A DNA stretch of 64,000 bases from an uncultured Alphaproteobacteria bacterium (GTDB lineage Bacteria > Pseudomonadota > Alphaproteobacteria > Bin95). The DNA is taken from assembly GCA_938083135.1 (NCBI GenBank), contig CALLKY010000029.1, positions 2,087 to 66,086 of the forward strand, read 5' to 3'. Made by a program: the position numbers and the translations under genes. The notes beneath the pieces are model-generated. The model saw nothing but the letters and a program-made list of their open reading frames with translations, was not told where the DNA came from and did not search any database. Below, piece after piece: positions 1 through 10,311 of the stretch (within the stretch, counting starts at the first letter, position 1; the number at the start of each line of letters is the position of its first letter).

Positions 1-786
1 TGCCGATCAGAATTGGATAGACGCTGGCGATGCCTTCTTGACCGCCTTCAGCATTGCCGGGACCGTCAGTGCATTGGCCTTGCACATACCAAGGCACGAG
101 CTTCTGGACATTGGCCCAACCGTCTTTGTCGTTATGCGGCATTGGCGGATGCGTCACGCCGCGTGGGCTTGCATCCATTTTCAGCATGAACGTGGAGCCG
201 GTGGATGTGATCGCCGCATCAATATTGCCATCGATAATGCCATTGATCGATGCGCCCCAGCCGCCAACTTCCACCTTCTGCACGTCATTCAGCGTCAGAT
301 TTGCGAAGCCCAGCAGCGCTTCAGTCGCCTTCTGCAGGGCAGGGGAGCCACGGACCCAAGCAACGCGCTTGCCTTTGAGGTCACCCATGGTCTTGACGCC
401 AATGTCATTGGCGACAGCGAAGTTGGTGCAGGCGTTGGAACGGTTCAGCAGCAGCAGGCGAACCGGCATGGGCCCCATTTTTCAGTGCCGAATGTATAAA
501 CGGCCTCCTGGGCGTAAACGCTGTCAGACCCTGTCGCCGTGAACTGCGCTTTGCCAGCTTTCACTGGGGAAAGGCGTGCAACATCGTTCTTGCCAGGCAG
601 CACCCGGAGATCAACATTGACTTTGTTCTTCAGCATGGCACCGATGGCGACCATTTGGCTGTAGCCGGATGTGCCTGTGTTATAGGCCGTTGTTACCAGT
701 GTTGGTGGCAGACCTTCAGCGTGCGCTGCAAAGCCGCCGAATGCGACGCCGGCGATCGCAGCCGAGCGTAAGAGATGTTTGAGCAT
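1..786 (-). pseudogene. TAXI-family TRAP transporter solute-binding subunit. It is frameshifted near 455-461 and its 3' end is cut by the window edge.
   Basis: ORF 445..786 (MLKHLLRSAAIAGVAFGGFAAHA... signal peptide ...YTFGTEKWGP) stops at 445. The protein continues without stops in another frame (MPVRLLLLNRSNACTNFAVANDIGVKTMGDLKGKRVAWVRGSPALQKATEALLGFANLTLNDVQKVEVGGWGASINGIIDGN...) down to nt 1, which I checked by manual reverse-complement translation. One extra C in the GGGGCCC run would restore the frame. Confidence 0.6.
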
Positions 787-877
787 AGGCTTTCCTCCTG
801 ATTTGGCTGGCTATTTGTTCTTTAGCGCCAGCTTCTGGAGGAAAGCTTGTCATATGCGGCGCAGTGCCGCAATTCCC

Positions 878-1768
878 TTATTCAGACGTGAGTGGTTCCA
901 GTGCAGCAATAATGGCCCGGCGCTGAATGCCGCTAGGAAGGGGCATGGGGGCCCGCGGCTGGCCAGCATTGATCCCTTGATGACGCTGGGCAAACTTCAC
1001 GCACGCTGGAAGGTTATCGTGCGCCATGGCATTCCAGAGCGCTAACAGCTTTCCATGCAAGGCCTTCGCGCCATCGTGATCACCAGCTTGGACGGCGTTC
1101 CAAAGTGCGACGGATGCATGGGGTGCCGCTGTCAAAATCGCCGCGATCGAACCATGCGCACCCAGCATGTATGAAGGGTACATAAGAGCATCAACCGCGC
1201 TGAAGATCATACGATCTGCTGGGGCTTGTTCCATCAAATCCGCAAATAGCTTTAAGTCACCGGCAGATTGTTTTACGCCGACGACGCCTGGAACTTCATC
1301 AAAGATCCGGCACAGCAGTTCTGGAGAAAGGTAGGTCCAGGGCACTACGTTATAGATAATGACCGGCATTTCCGTTGCTTCAGTAATTGCACGAAAATGC
1401 TCGACCATGGCGGAATCATCTGGGCGAAACAGATAGTGGGGTGGCGTGACCTGCAGCGCCGCTGCACCACGCGTAGCAGCCGATTCACCACGAATAATCG
1501 CTTCACGCGTGGAGTTGACAATGATGCCTGCAATAAGCGGCGCGCGTCCGGCTAACGCATCACTGGCGGCACTGATTATCCGGTCAAACTCTGCTTTAGT
1601 TAGCGTATGACCTTCGCCTGTGCTGCCGCCGACAGCGATGCCGGAGGCCCCCGCATCCAGCAACCAATCGATCTGTTTCCGCATGGCACCAAAGGCGATG
1701 GAGCCATCAGCGCGAAACGGTGTTGTGGTTGGTGGGATTACACCGGTTAGATTGGCGAGAGCAGACAT
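878..1768 (-). CDS. Dihydrodipicolinate synthase (DapA/NAL) family lyase
   Basis: 310-aa ORF 878..1810 with DapA-family features (TPF...G.ID motif, GVKQS/GDL region). The start is more likely the internal Met at 1768 (MSALANLTGVIPPTTTPF). Confidence 0.75.
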   Translation of the reverse strand: MSALANLTGVIPPTTTPFRADGSIAFGAMRKQIDWLLDAGASGIAVGGSTGEGHTLTKAEFDRIISAASDALAGRAPLIAGIIVNSTREAIIRGESAATRGAAALQVTPPHYLFRPDDSAMVEHFRAITEATEMPVIIYNVVPWTYLSPELLCRIFDEVPGVVGVKQSAGDLKLFADLMEQAPADRMIFSAVDALMYPSYMLGAHGSIAAILTAAPHASVALWNAVQAGDHDGAKALHGKLLALWNAMAHDNLPACVKFAQRHQGINAGQPRAPMPLPSGIQRRAIIAALEPLTSE

Positions 1769-1874
1769 TTCGCGGATTTCCACTAATTTGGGTGATCTGA
1801 TTTCTGGCATAGATTATTGAGCCGAGGCTCAACCAATCAAGTGACGCCCGTAATGAGATATCTCGTTAAAGCGC

Positions 1875-2870
1875 CTAATAAGTATCGAACGCTTTTTGCA
1901 GAGCCTCCAGTGTGCAATCGGCTTCAGCCAGTGCCAGCATCAACAAAATACGCGCTTTCTGGACGGGTAGATTGTCTGCAACAATCACGCCGGCAGGCCG
2001 GTAATCAGATATCTCGACAACCCGGCCTGACAGCGCCCGTGTTCCTTGCACGACAGCGACTCCGGCAGCAATTGCATCTTCCATCGCAGCCCGTTCGCCG
2101 GGAGTGGTCAGGCCGGGGGCGAACCCGCCCACGACGATGCCCGCAGGTTTCGATGCCAATAGACCTCTGATTTGCCCGCCATCTGATCCTGCATAACTTA
2201 TTGCAATATCAACGCGCGGCAGTGGCTTTGACGCGTCAAATTGCGTGTTGGGCGCGTGGGCACGCACGGGGCGGCGATAAATAGCGATACGGTCATTATC
2301 CGCATGGCCAAGCAGGCCGAAATCAGGCGAACGGAATGTCTGTAAGCGGAGCGTGGATGTTTTGGTGACATCACGGGCTGCATGAATTTCATCGTTCAGG
2401 CAAACCAGCACGCCCATGCCGCGTGCTTCAGGTGCTGCCGCAACTCTGGCACCGTTCACAATATTTAGGAATGCATCTGTTGAAATGCCAGTAGGCGGCC
2501 GTTGCGCGCCAACAACGACAACGGTCTTATCGGTCTTGAGGGTGAGGTTCAGGAAGTAGGCTGTTTCCTCCAGAGTGGCGGTGCCATGGGTGACAACGAC
2601 GCCCTCTAGGCTTGGGTCATCGCCCAGAGTTTTCTCGATATGCGCCGTGAGATCAGGCCAATCTGCCGGGCCGATGGCTGTGGAATGCACTTGCCGGAAT
2701 GGTGCCAAAACGGGCTCGACGACCCGGTCGAGTTCAGGCACCTGTGCCAATAATTCGTCCAGCGCATATACTTTGCCTGTGCGGACATAGGCCGTGAGAT
2801 CAAGGCTATCAACGCCGACAGAGGCGATAGTGCCACCAGTTCCAACGATTGCGACGCGGGGCAGGGCCAT
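1875..2870 (-). CDS. L-asparaginase (type II / asparaginase-glutaminase family)
   Basis: VAIVGTGGTIAS signature near the N-terminus and the HGTATLEETA motif. Start placed at the Met preceded by AAGGA (2870); ORF track 1875..2900. Confidence 0.85.
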   Translation of the reverse strand: MALPRVAIVGTGGTIASVGVDSLDLTAYVRTGKVYALDELLAQVPELDRVVEPVLAPFRQVHSTAIGPADWPDLTAHIEKTLGDDPSLEGVVVTHGTATLEETAYFLNLTLKTDKTVVVVGAQRPPTGISTDAFLNIVNGARVAAAPEARGMGVLVCLNDEIHAARDVTKTSTLRLQTFRSPDFGLLGHADNDRIAIYRRPVRAHAPNTQFDASKPLPRVDIAISYAGSDGGQIRGLLASKPAGIVVGGFAPGLTTPGERAAMEDAIAAGVAVVQGTRALSGRVVEISDYRPAGVIVADNLPVQKARILLMLALAEADCTLEALQKAFDTY

Positions 2871-2962
2871 TTGAAAGTCCTTTTGAGAGTGCATAATCAC
2901 GGCTAGGGTCTGGCCCCTAGGCTATTCAACAGAGCAGATGGGCGCCAGGGAGTGGAATTGTT

Positions 2963-3937
2963 ATGGGTCAAATTGACTTGCCGGACAGCTATTATGGAGA
3001 CATGGCTTGGCGCGCGGCTGATTTGGCGCCGGACGCCGGTGTCATCAAGCTGAACCCTGATGCTTTGGCGGAATTGGATGCTGCCGCTACAATTCTCAAG
3101 GCCAATCAGCTGCCGGTTGAAAGCCTGGATGTGGCGGATTTTGCCATGCCAGCTTGCCAGTCAGCGATGAGCGCGGCACGCCAGCAACTGGATACAGGCC
3201 TGGGATTTGTCATCATAGACCGATTGGATGTGGCGGACCGTGAAATCGCAACCAAGCTTTATTGGCTGCTGATGGGCATGACGGCACCGCTTGTCGCGCA
3301 AAAGCATGATGGAACCATGGTGTATGACGTGGTTGATACCGGCCTCGTCGCGGAAGCTGGCAATGGCGTTCGCGCATCAAAGACACGCAATCACCAAGGG
3401 TTTCACACCGATAATTCCTTTAATGTGCCGCCTGACTACGTCGCACTGTTTTGCCTACAAGCGGCAAAGGAAGGTGGGCTTTCGGGCCTTGTCAGCTTTC
3501 AGACTGTTTATAATCGACTGCGCCAGGACCTGCCGGATGATGTCATGGCGCGGATGTTTGAGCCCTTCTGGTTTGACCGTCAGTTCGAGCACGCACCCGA
3601 TGATGACCCTTTGACAGTAAAGCCAGCATTCGCTCCGCATCCAGACGGCGGGATTGGAATTGCCTTCTCACCGCGCTTGGTTCGCCAGGGTGCCGAAGTC
3701 AAAGGTATAAAGATGGATGATCGTGCTGAGCAGGCGCTCGCCGCCATCGCTCAAATTACTGAAGACCCAGACCTTGGCCTGACGTTGACCTTCGAGCCAG
3801 GGCAAATTCAGATCGTGAACAATAAGCGCATTGGCCATCGCCGCACCGGCTTCACGGATTGGCCGGAAGCGGAACGCCGCCGCCATCTGGTACGGTTATG
3901 GATGCGAAATGCGGGCGGGCCGTTCTACGGCGGCTGA
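2963..3937 (+). CDS. TauD/TfdA-family Fe(II)/2-oxoglutarate-dependent dioxygenase
   Basis: 324-aa ORF with the HTDNSF (H-x-D) iron-binding motif and family-typical length and composition. Confidence 0.75.
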   Translation: MGQIDLPDSYYGDMAWRAADLAPDAGVIKLNPDALAELDAAATILKANQLPVESLDVADFAMPACQSAMSAARQQLDTGLGFVIIDRLDVADREIATKLYWLLMGMTAPLVAQKHDGTMVYDVVDTGLVAEAGNGVRASKTRNHQGFHTDNSFNVPPDYVALFCLQAAKEGGLSGLVSFQTVYNRLRQDLPDDVMARMFEPFWFDRQFEHAPDDDPLTVKPAFAPHPDGGIGIAFSPRLVRQGAEVKGIKMDDRAEQALAAIAQITEDPDLGLTLTFEPGQIQIVNNKRIGHRRTGFTDWPEAERRRHLVRLWMRNAGGPFYGG

Positions 3938-4033
3938 AGCGAACACGCCCTGCAGCGCATCAAGGTGATCGCGTATTGCCAGCCATAACGGCGGCTGCGA
4001 TGCTTGGGCGTACATTCTGGAAGGATATATCCC

Positions 4034-5248
4034 ATGAAGTTTGGCGTTTTTTATGAGCTGCAAATCCCCCGCCCCTGGGAGCCGCATACTGAGTGGCAGT
4101 TGCATCACAATGCGCTTGACCAGCTCGAGTTGGCTGACGGCCTTGGCTATGACTATGCCTGGGAAGTCGAGCATCACTTCCTTGAGGAATATTCCCATTC
4201 ATCCGCACCAGAAGTCTTTCTGGGCGCAGCCAGCCAGCGCACGAAGAATATCCGCCTGGCCCATGGCATTATCCAGCTAACGACCAACCACCCGGCCCGC
4301 GTAGCAGAGCGTGTGTCCACGTTGGACTTGCTTTCCAATGGCCGGGTTGAGTTTGGGATCGGCGAAAGCGCCAGTGCTACCGAGCTTGAGCCATTTGGCC
4401 GGGACTTCGAAACCAAACGCGAAGTGTGGGAGGAGGCCGTTAAAGCCGTCATGCCAATGTTTGGGGATAAACCAGTATCCTTCGATGGCAAATATTTCCA
4501 AATGCCTGAGCGCTTGGTTCTGCCGAGCCCGTTGCAGAAACCGCATCCGCCCATCTGGGTCGCATGTTCACAGCTTGAAACCATCGAGATGGCGGGTAGG
4601 CGGGGCATGGGTGCGCTTGGCTTCCAGTTTGTCAGCGCGGATGCCGCCCACGCCTGGGTCCACGCCTATTACAATTCCATCACGAAGCGGCTCGATAAGT
4701 TGGCTGACTATCAGATCAACCCGAATATCGCGCTCGTCAGCTACTTCATGTGCGCGAAAACAGATGAAGAGGCGCGGAAGCGGGCTGAGGGCCTGACATT
4801 CTTCCAGTTCGCCCTTCGGTTCTATGGCAACAGCGCAGACCGGCGTCGCCCACCGGCAGGTACGGTCAATCTGTGGGATGAGTTCGTTAAGTGGCGAGAT
4901 GCCAATCCAGACTTGGTCGAGAAAGCACTGCGTGGCGGTCTCGTTGGCTCGCCTGACACGATCCGCAAGAAACTGAGGAAGTTCAAAGAAAGCCATGCCG
5001 ATCAGATCATTCTTCTGAACCAGGCTGGCAAGAACAGCCATGAGCATATCTGCGAGAGCCTTGAGATGTTTGCAGAACAGGTCATGCCTGAATTCCATGC
5101 GGATGAGGGCGCACACCAGAACTGGAAGCAACAGGTTATGTCTGGTGAGATTGAGCTAGAGGAGCTTGAAACGGACGTTCACAAGGACCGTTACGGCAAG
5201 ACGCTTGCGAAAGTTGGCCCAACCGGTGCTACGCAGGCAGCAGAGTGA
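4034..5248 (+). CDS. LLM-class (luciferase-like) flavin-dependent oxidoreductase
   Basis: MKFGVFYELQ... N-terminus typical of luciferase-like monooxygenases, about 400 aa. Confidence 0.8.
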   Translation: MKFGVFYELQIPRPWEPHTEWQLHHNALDQLELADGLGYDYAWEVEHHFLEEYSHSSAPEVFLGAASQRTKNIRLAHGIIQLTTNHPARVAERVSTLDLLSNGRVEFGIGESASATELEPFGRDFETKREVWEEAVKAVMPMFGDKPVSFDGKYFQMPERLVLPSPLQKPHPPIWVACSQLETIEMAGRRGMGALGFQFVSADAAHAWVHAYYNSITKRLDKLADYQINPNIALVSYFMCAKTDEEARKRAEGLTFFQFALRFYGNSADRRRPPAGTVNLWDEFVKWRDANPDLVEKALRGGLVGSPDTIRKKLRKFKESHADQIILLNQAGKNSHEHICESLEMFAEQVMPEFHADEGAHQNWKQQVMSGEIELEELETDVHKDRYGKTLAKVGPTGATQAAE

Positions 5249-6051
5249 TCCAGGGCGCGCGCATACTCGTCTCCGCCTTCATTCTCACCCTGCCAAGTGC
5301 AGTCTTGGCTCAAGAGGCCCGCAAGCCGACGCTGACAGTTAGCGCCGGTATTGGTGCCAAGCCCGAATATGAGGGCGCGGATACTTATGAGCCTCTGCCG
5401 CTTCTGGCATTTGATCACGAGAACCGTTTCATCGAAGTTCGCTCACGCGGGCTTGGAATTGAGGCGGATTTCGTACCGGCCCTTACGTTTCAGGCGGGAC
5501 CACTCGCACGATATCGCGGCGGCCGGGATGATGACGTTGATAATTCAGCTGTCGCTGCGCTCTCTGAAGTTGGTGAGTCGATCGAACTCGGCGCCTACAT
5601 TGGCGGTGGCGCGCCTTTGCAGCGGTTGGGCATCAATGATCCAGGCATTGTTGCTGGCCGGTTATCGTTCGCCCATGACGTGAATGAAGGCCACGACGGA
5701 TTTCTGGTTGAAGGCAGCCTGTCATTCATCCGGCCTGTAACGGATGACCTAAAGGCGATTGTCAGTCTCTCAACAAGCTACGCGTCTGGCCGGTATATGG
5801 ATGCCTTCTTTGATGTCTCAGCGGCTGATTCCGTGGCCAGCGGCTTAGCACCGTTCAGCGCTAACGCAGGGTTCAAGGATGTCGGGATTACAGGTGTGAT
5901 CAGATATGCCTTTACGGACAATTGGTCAGCAGCATTTATTGGAAACTACACCCGCCTTGTGGGCGACGCAGCAGATAGCTCAATCGTGAAACAGGCGGGG
6001 TCTCCCAACCAATTTTTCTCCGGAATATCAATTAACTACAAGGCGTTTTGA
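5245..6051 (+). CDS. MipA/OmpV-family outer-membrane protein
   Basis: Signal peptide (ILVSAFILTLPSAVLAQEA), a beta-rich body and a C-terminal aromatic residue (ends ...INYKAF). The GTG start overlaps the upstream stop (GTGA). Confidence 0.65.
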   Translation: MIQGARILVSAFILTLPSAVLAQEARKPTLTVSAGIGAKPEYEGADTYEPLPLLAFDHENRFIEVRSRGLGIEADFVPALTFQAGPLARYRGGRDDDVDNSAVAALSEVGESIELGAYIGGGAPLQRLGINDPGIVAGRLSFAHDVNEGHDGFLVEGSLSFIRPVTDDLKAIVSLSTSYASGRYMDAFFDVSAADSVASGLAPFSANAGFKDVGITGVIRYAFTDNWSAAFIGNYTRLVGDAADSSIVKQAGSPNQFFSGISINYKAF

Positions 6052-6053
6052 CT

Positions 6054-7529
6054 CTAAGTTCCACAGAACGTTTTATAGCCTGCACCGAAAGCCGCGGAGG
6101 CTGGTTGGGCATAAGCTTCCAGGCCATCCTTCGGCTCGAACGGGGACTTCACAATATCGAGCAGGAGCTTGAATGGTGTCATTTCTCCCGTCTCGACAGC
6201 AGCCTTTAGGGCACCTTCAACCAGATGATTTCTCGGTACGTAGACCGGATTAACAGCGTTCATCGCTTCTGCGCGCGCGTCGGGTGCCATTGCATCATCA
6301 GCCAAGCGGGCGCGCCACCGCTCAAGCCAAGGGGTAACAGCGGCGGCGTCCTGCAATTCAGCGTGCAACGGCGCGTCATCGCCCATTGCTGCAGATGATA
6401 AGCTCCGGAACAGATTGGTATGATCTGCCTTCTGTTCAGACATGATCGTGTACAGGCTATTTGCCAAGTCTAAGTCATCGTTGCTGGCCGATTGCAGGCC
6501 CAACTTGGCGCGTACACCTGTTAGCCATTCAGCCACATAGATTTCAGCGAATTTCGTGACGGAATCCGTGGCCGCTTCAACTGCTGCTTCTTCGTTATCT
6601 GCGATTAAAGGCAGTAGCGTTTCTGCTAGCCGGGCAATATTCCAGCGCCCCATGACAGGTTGCGCGCCATAGGCATATCGGCCCTGGGTATCGATGGAGC
6701 TATAGACTGTCTGCGCGTCGTAAGCGTCCATGAACGCACAGGGGCCATAGTCAATGGTTTCGCCCGAAATCGTCATGTTATCCGTGTTCATGACGCCATG
6801 GATGAAACCCACATGCATCCACTGGGCGATTAACGCGGCCTGCCGGTCACGCACGGCTTCCAGTAGAGCCAGATATGGATTTTCCACGTTTGCGAGCTCT
6901 GGGTAATGCCGCGCAATGCAATAGTTTGCTAGCTGCTGAACCTTCTTGACTTCACCCCGAGCCGCAAAAAATTGGAACGTCCCGACGCGGAGATGGCTGG
7001 ACGCAACGCGTGTCAGCACGGCACCCGGAAGCTCTGTTTCCCGACGGACAGGCTCGCCGGTTGAAACGGCAGCAAGGGCGCGGGTGGTCGGAATGCCCAG
7101 GCCGTGCATCGCCTCGCCAATAAGGTATTCGCGAAGCACTGGCCCCAGGGCGGCCTTACCATCACCGCCACGGGAGAATGGGGTGCGGCCAGAGCCTTTC
7201 AGCTGGATATCGCGGCGGTTTCCATGGACATCCAATACCTCACCCAGCAAAAGGGCGCGGCCATCGCCCAATTGGGCAGAAAACCCACCGAATTGGTGGC
7301 CTGCATAGATCTGCGACAGCGGCGTCGCCCCGATAGGCGCTTCATTACCTGCAAAGATAGCCTCTGCATCAACAGACTTCAGGGCGGCGGCATCCAGCCC
7401 GAGTTCCACGGCGAGGTCTTCATTCAGCAACAGAAGTTCTGGTGCTGGGGCGGCTTCTGCCTGCCACGGGGCATAGAAACCCTCCATCTCACGGGCGAAC
7501 GTATTATCGAAAGGCATTGTGAGGGTCAT
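6054..7529 (-). CDS. selO: SelO/YdiU protein adenylyltransferase (UPF0061)
   Basis: 491 aa with strong family identity throughout (HGVMNTDNM, GFIHGVMNTDN, YGP... motifs). Confidence 0.9.
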   Translation of the reverse strand: MTLTMPFDNTFAREMEGFYAPWQAEAAPAPELLLLNEDLAVELGLDAAALKSVDAEAIFAGNEAPIGATPLSQIYAGHQFGGFSAQLGDGRALLLGEVLDVHGNRRDIQLKGSGRTPFSRGGDGKAALGPVLREYLIGEAMHGLGIPTTRALAAVSTGEPVRRETELPGAVLTRVASSHLRVGTFQFFAARGEVKKVQQLANYCIARHYPELANVENPYLALLEAVRDRQAALIAQWMHVGFIHGVMNTDNMTISGETIDYGPCAFMDAYDAQTVYSSIDTQGRYAYGAQPVMGRWNIARLAETLLPLIADNEEAAVEAATDSVTKFAEIYVAEWLTGVRAKLGLQSASNDDLDLANSLYTIMSEQKADHTNLFRSLSSAAMGDDAPLHAELQDAAAVTPWLERWRARLADDAMAPDARAEAMNAVNPVYVPRNHLVEGALKAAVETGEMTPFKLLLDIVKSPFEPKDGLEAYAQPASAAFGAGYKTFCGT

Positions 7530-7540
7530 AGGACCGATTC

Positions 7541-8038
7541 CTAGTTGCGCCCGAAAGCCGGGTCTAAATAGTGCATTTCATCGCCAGTCCATCCAGCACC
7601 GGCAGGGACGGTATAGTAGAAATCGATATCCATTTCCTGGAACCGCCAACCATCCGCCGTACGGATATACTTATCCCGATAGCAGCCGCTGACCAGGTAT
7701 GAAACGCCGAACCGGCCATAGCGCGCTTCCAGATAGGAAACGCCCGTGCCTGTGTTACCTGAAACTGTCACTTGATGGCTGTGGATATACTGCTTGATGA
7801 AGAACCGTTCCCGCGCGTCCATACCCCTAAAACCAGCATCAATCTGCGCACGGCCTTGATAGCGCGCCAGATATCCAAGGCGGACCACTGCATCATCGGT
7901 GCAAAGGTCTGCGATCTCGGCATAGCGGCCATCATTAATGCACGCGTGATACGCATCACGAAGCGAACGCAAAGCGTCTTTGTCCTCAAGCAATGATAGC
8001 CTGCGCTCAAGCGCTGCGATCCTTGTGTCATCTGTCAT
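7541..8038 (-). CDS. SnoaL-like / NTF2-fold family protein
   Basis: About 165 aa from the internal Met MTDDTRIAALERRLSLLEDKDALRSLRDAYH.... This is a typical SnoaL-like N-terminal helix. The longer ORF 7541..8191 looks like read-through. Confidence 0.5.
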   Translation of the reverse strand: MTDDTRIAALERRLSLLEDKDALRSLRDAYHACINDGRYAEIADLCTDDAVVRLGYLARYQGRAQIDAGFRGMDARERFFIKQYIHSHQVTVSGNTGTGVSYLEARYGRFGVSYLVSGCYRDKYIRTADGWRFQEMDIDFYYTVPAGAGWTGDEMHYLDPAFGRN

Positions 8039-8202
8039 GTACCGGTCCTTGGCAGAAAGTTTTGCCGAGCAGGATATCATCAGTGCAGATGGTGATGCAG
8101 TCCGACGGACAAAGATAGTTAACCAAGATTGATCCCCATCGGAACCTTCTGCGTAGAGAGGCAAGACAAGCGAACCGCGCTTGCAACACATGGAGGATGT
8201 CT

Positions 8203-8616
8203 ATGCTTAAGATTTCTGCTGCCGCCATCGCCCTAGGAATGATCTCGACCGCCGCTTTTGCTGCTGGTCATATGAACAAGGATGTCGTTGCGCATGATCA
8301 AAGTGTCGCCAACGGCGTTGTATCAGCCGACAAAATTGTAGCACCTGCGAATGGCTGGATGGTTGTTCACCGCACAGATGCATCCAAGAAGCCAGGCAAA
8401 GTCGTCGGCCACGCGCCACTCCGCGCCGGCGATAACGCTGATGTCGCTGCAATCCTAAATGAGCCAGTAAGCCCTGGCGAAATGCTGATGCTGATGGTGC
8501 ACAGCGAAGCTGGCGGGAAATATGCCGGTATCTTTGAATACACGCTGGGTGCCAAAGAAGACGGCCCGGTCAAGCATGACGGTAAACTTGTCATGCAAGT
8601 TATCACCGCCCAGTAG
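8203..8616 (+). CDS. Hypothetical secreted protein
   Basis: GGAGGA sits 5 nt upstream of the ATG. There is an N-terminal signal peptide (MLKISAAAIALGMISTAAFAAG). No family recognised. Confidence 0.5.
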   Translation: MLKISAAAIALGMISTAAFAAGHMNKDVVAHDQSVANGVVSADKIVAPANGWMVVHRTDASKKPGKVVGHAPLRAGDNADVAAILNEPVSPGEMLMLMVHSEAGGKYAGIFEYTLGAKEDGPVKHDGKLVMQVITAQ

Positions 8617-8667
8617 CCGCGTATTTCTGACTGGCCGGGCCAAGTGGTCCGGCCAGTCAGCACCTCA

Positions 8668-9408
8668 TTATGATCTAAAGATCGCCGCCAATATTAGCAG
8701 GACCGCACCAACCCCTGACGTCCCCGCCAGAAGCATGCTTCCGCCACCCATATTAGCGATGATGATGCCACCGAGCGCCCATAGCACTGCTGCCGCATAG
8801 AACCATCCACCGGCAGCCCACGTCGTCCAAAGCGCAATCGCAGCAATGGCAGCGATCATACCTAAGTAGAAGCTCAGGCTGGGGTTATATCCGTGATGCA
8901 TGAGGACTGAGCCCAACCCCACGAACGCAGCCGCCGTAATCCAGCCTGCGAACAGGCTCAACGGTACTTGCATCAAAACCTTGTCCCAAAGCCCGAGCGG
9001 CCCAGCACCGGCAATGGTGAATACGATCATCACGCCAATCCCCAGTTGGGCGAAGATCATGACAGCGCTGACAGCGTCGAGTGACTTGATCGGCACCCAA
9101 AGCTCCCAAAGCGCTGCCAAAGTAAAAAGTGCCACGGCCAACCATCCGACCTTGCGATAGATCGGCGATGTGAGTTGCCCTGGTAGTGTGGCAAAAATTG
9201 CGAACGCCAAGCTGCCCAGGAAGATCAAGCCCCAGATCGAAAAGGCCCAGCCCGGCGGCACAATAGGCGTCGGTAAGCTTTGGGAACGGCTAGAAATATC
9301 ATGCTCCCATCCGAGCAGGCGAGGTGCCGCTGAAGCAGCGATCTGCGCGATCGCCGCCAATATCAAAAGCAGGACACGCAAGCCGTCCGCTGAAAAATAT
9401 GCACTCAT
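8668..9408 (-). CDS. Trp-rich polytopic membrane protein (possibly TspO/MBR-related)
   Basis: Five to six predicted TM helices, many Trp, and PPGWAFSIWGLIFLG, which resembles the TspO N-terminal motif. Family assignment is tentative. Confidence 0.45.
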   Translation of the reverse strand: MSAYFSADGLRVLLLILAAIAQIAASAAPRLLGWEHDISSRSQSLPTPIVPPGWAFSIWGLIFLGSLAFAIFATLPGQLTSPIYRKVGWLAVALFTLAALWELWVPIKSLDAVSAVMIFAQLGIGVMIVFTIAGAGPLGLWDKVLMQVPLSLFAGWITAAAFVGLGSVLMHHGYNPSLSFYLGMIAAIAAIALWTTWAAGGWFYAAAVLWALGGIIIANMGGGSMLLAGTSGVGAVLLILAAIFRS

Positions 9409-9496
9409 TGCTCAACTCATTTCTCGTTCTGTAGCCGTGATATAGCGGCGACGGCATTCCCCGACTACGCTATGGCCCATCTTAATGGAGGACCTT

Positions 9497-10309
9497 ATGC
9501 GGCTTTGGTATCAAAGCGTTACCCGGGAAGGATCGTTCCCAAGCTACCGTGCGACCTTGCAGCGCTTGCTTGATGCTGCAGCAAGCCCCGGTACTGAAAT
9601 TGAGGTTCATGGCATTGAACGGCAAGGCGGCACGGGCGATCAGTATCGCTATCTTGCTTTCCTTGAGACTGTCGAAATCCTGGAGAATGTTCATAAAGCG
9701 CAGGAACAGGGTTTTGATGGCTTCCTGATTGGCAATCTATTTGATCCTGGCCTGCGGGAGGCCCGCGAAATCGCTGATATCCCAGTCATCAGCCTTGGCG
9801 AGACGGTGTTTCAATGGGCTGGGATGATGGGGGAGAGCATTGGCCTTGTCTCCATCAATAAAAAATTTGAGCCCCGGTTGCATGACGTGCTGGCGCGGAT
9901 GCGGATCCAGGACAAAATCGCGGCCACCGCATCTATGGCTGTGCCGAGCATGGCGGAGCTGGAAACAGCCGGGTCCGATGGTGCAGCGACCCAGGCTTTG
10001 CTCAAACGCTTCGAGGACGCAGCAGAAAACACAGTGGCCGCAGGTGCTGAAGTGGTTGTCGCAGCAGGCGGCGTCGTCATGGCGATTGTGGCGGATCAGG
10101 GCATGAATGCGACACCATCTGGCGCGCCTATTGTGAACGGCGTCGCAGCACTGGTGCAGCAAGGTGAATCCGCCGTTAGACTACGGTCTCTCATGGGCGG
10201 GAATTTCACATCTGGGCGGCTGACATATGCAAAGCCCGCAAGCGATATGATATTAGGCTTCCGCAAAGCCTATGGGCAGCGCGTATATCCGGGCGTCGAG
10301 GAGGAATAG
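9497..10309 (+). CDS. Asp/Glu/hydantoin racemase superfamily protein
   Basis: GFDGFLIGNLFDPGLREAREIADIPVISLGE matches the HyuE-type core (G-DPGL...A.E). GGAGGA lies 5 nt upstream of ATG 9497. Confidence 0.65.
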   Translation: MRLWYQSVTREGSFPSYRATLQRLLDAAASPGTEIEVHGIERQGGTGDQYRYLAFLETVEILENVHKAQEQGFDGFLIGNLFDPGLREAREIADIPVISLGETVFQWAGMMGESIGLVSINKKFEPRLHDVLARMRIQDKIAATASMAVPSMAELETAGSDGAATQALLKRFEDAAENTVAAGAEVVVAAGGVVMAIVADQGMNATPSGAPIVNGVAALVQQGESAVRLRSLMGGNFTSGRLTYAKPASDMILGFRKAYGQRVYPGVEEE

Positions 10310-10311
10310 AC

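Noticed and set aside
38-542. Plus-strand ORFs 38..499 and 54..542 (153 and 162 aa)
   Set aside because: They are antisense to the well-supported TAXI TRAP receptor gene. Their products have no protein-like features, and they are typical GC-rich antisense open frames.
4568-5131. 187-aa minus-strand ORF inside the LLM oxidoreductase gene
   Set aside because: It is fully embedded antisense in a gene with clear family identity and has no RBS or family resemblance.
6054-7529. SelO as a selenoprotein, or as part of a selenium system with the bcp candidate
   Set aside because: Bacterial SelO/YdiU is a Cys-free or Cys-containing AMPylase, not a Sec protein, and no in-frame TGA is present. The name is coincidental.
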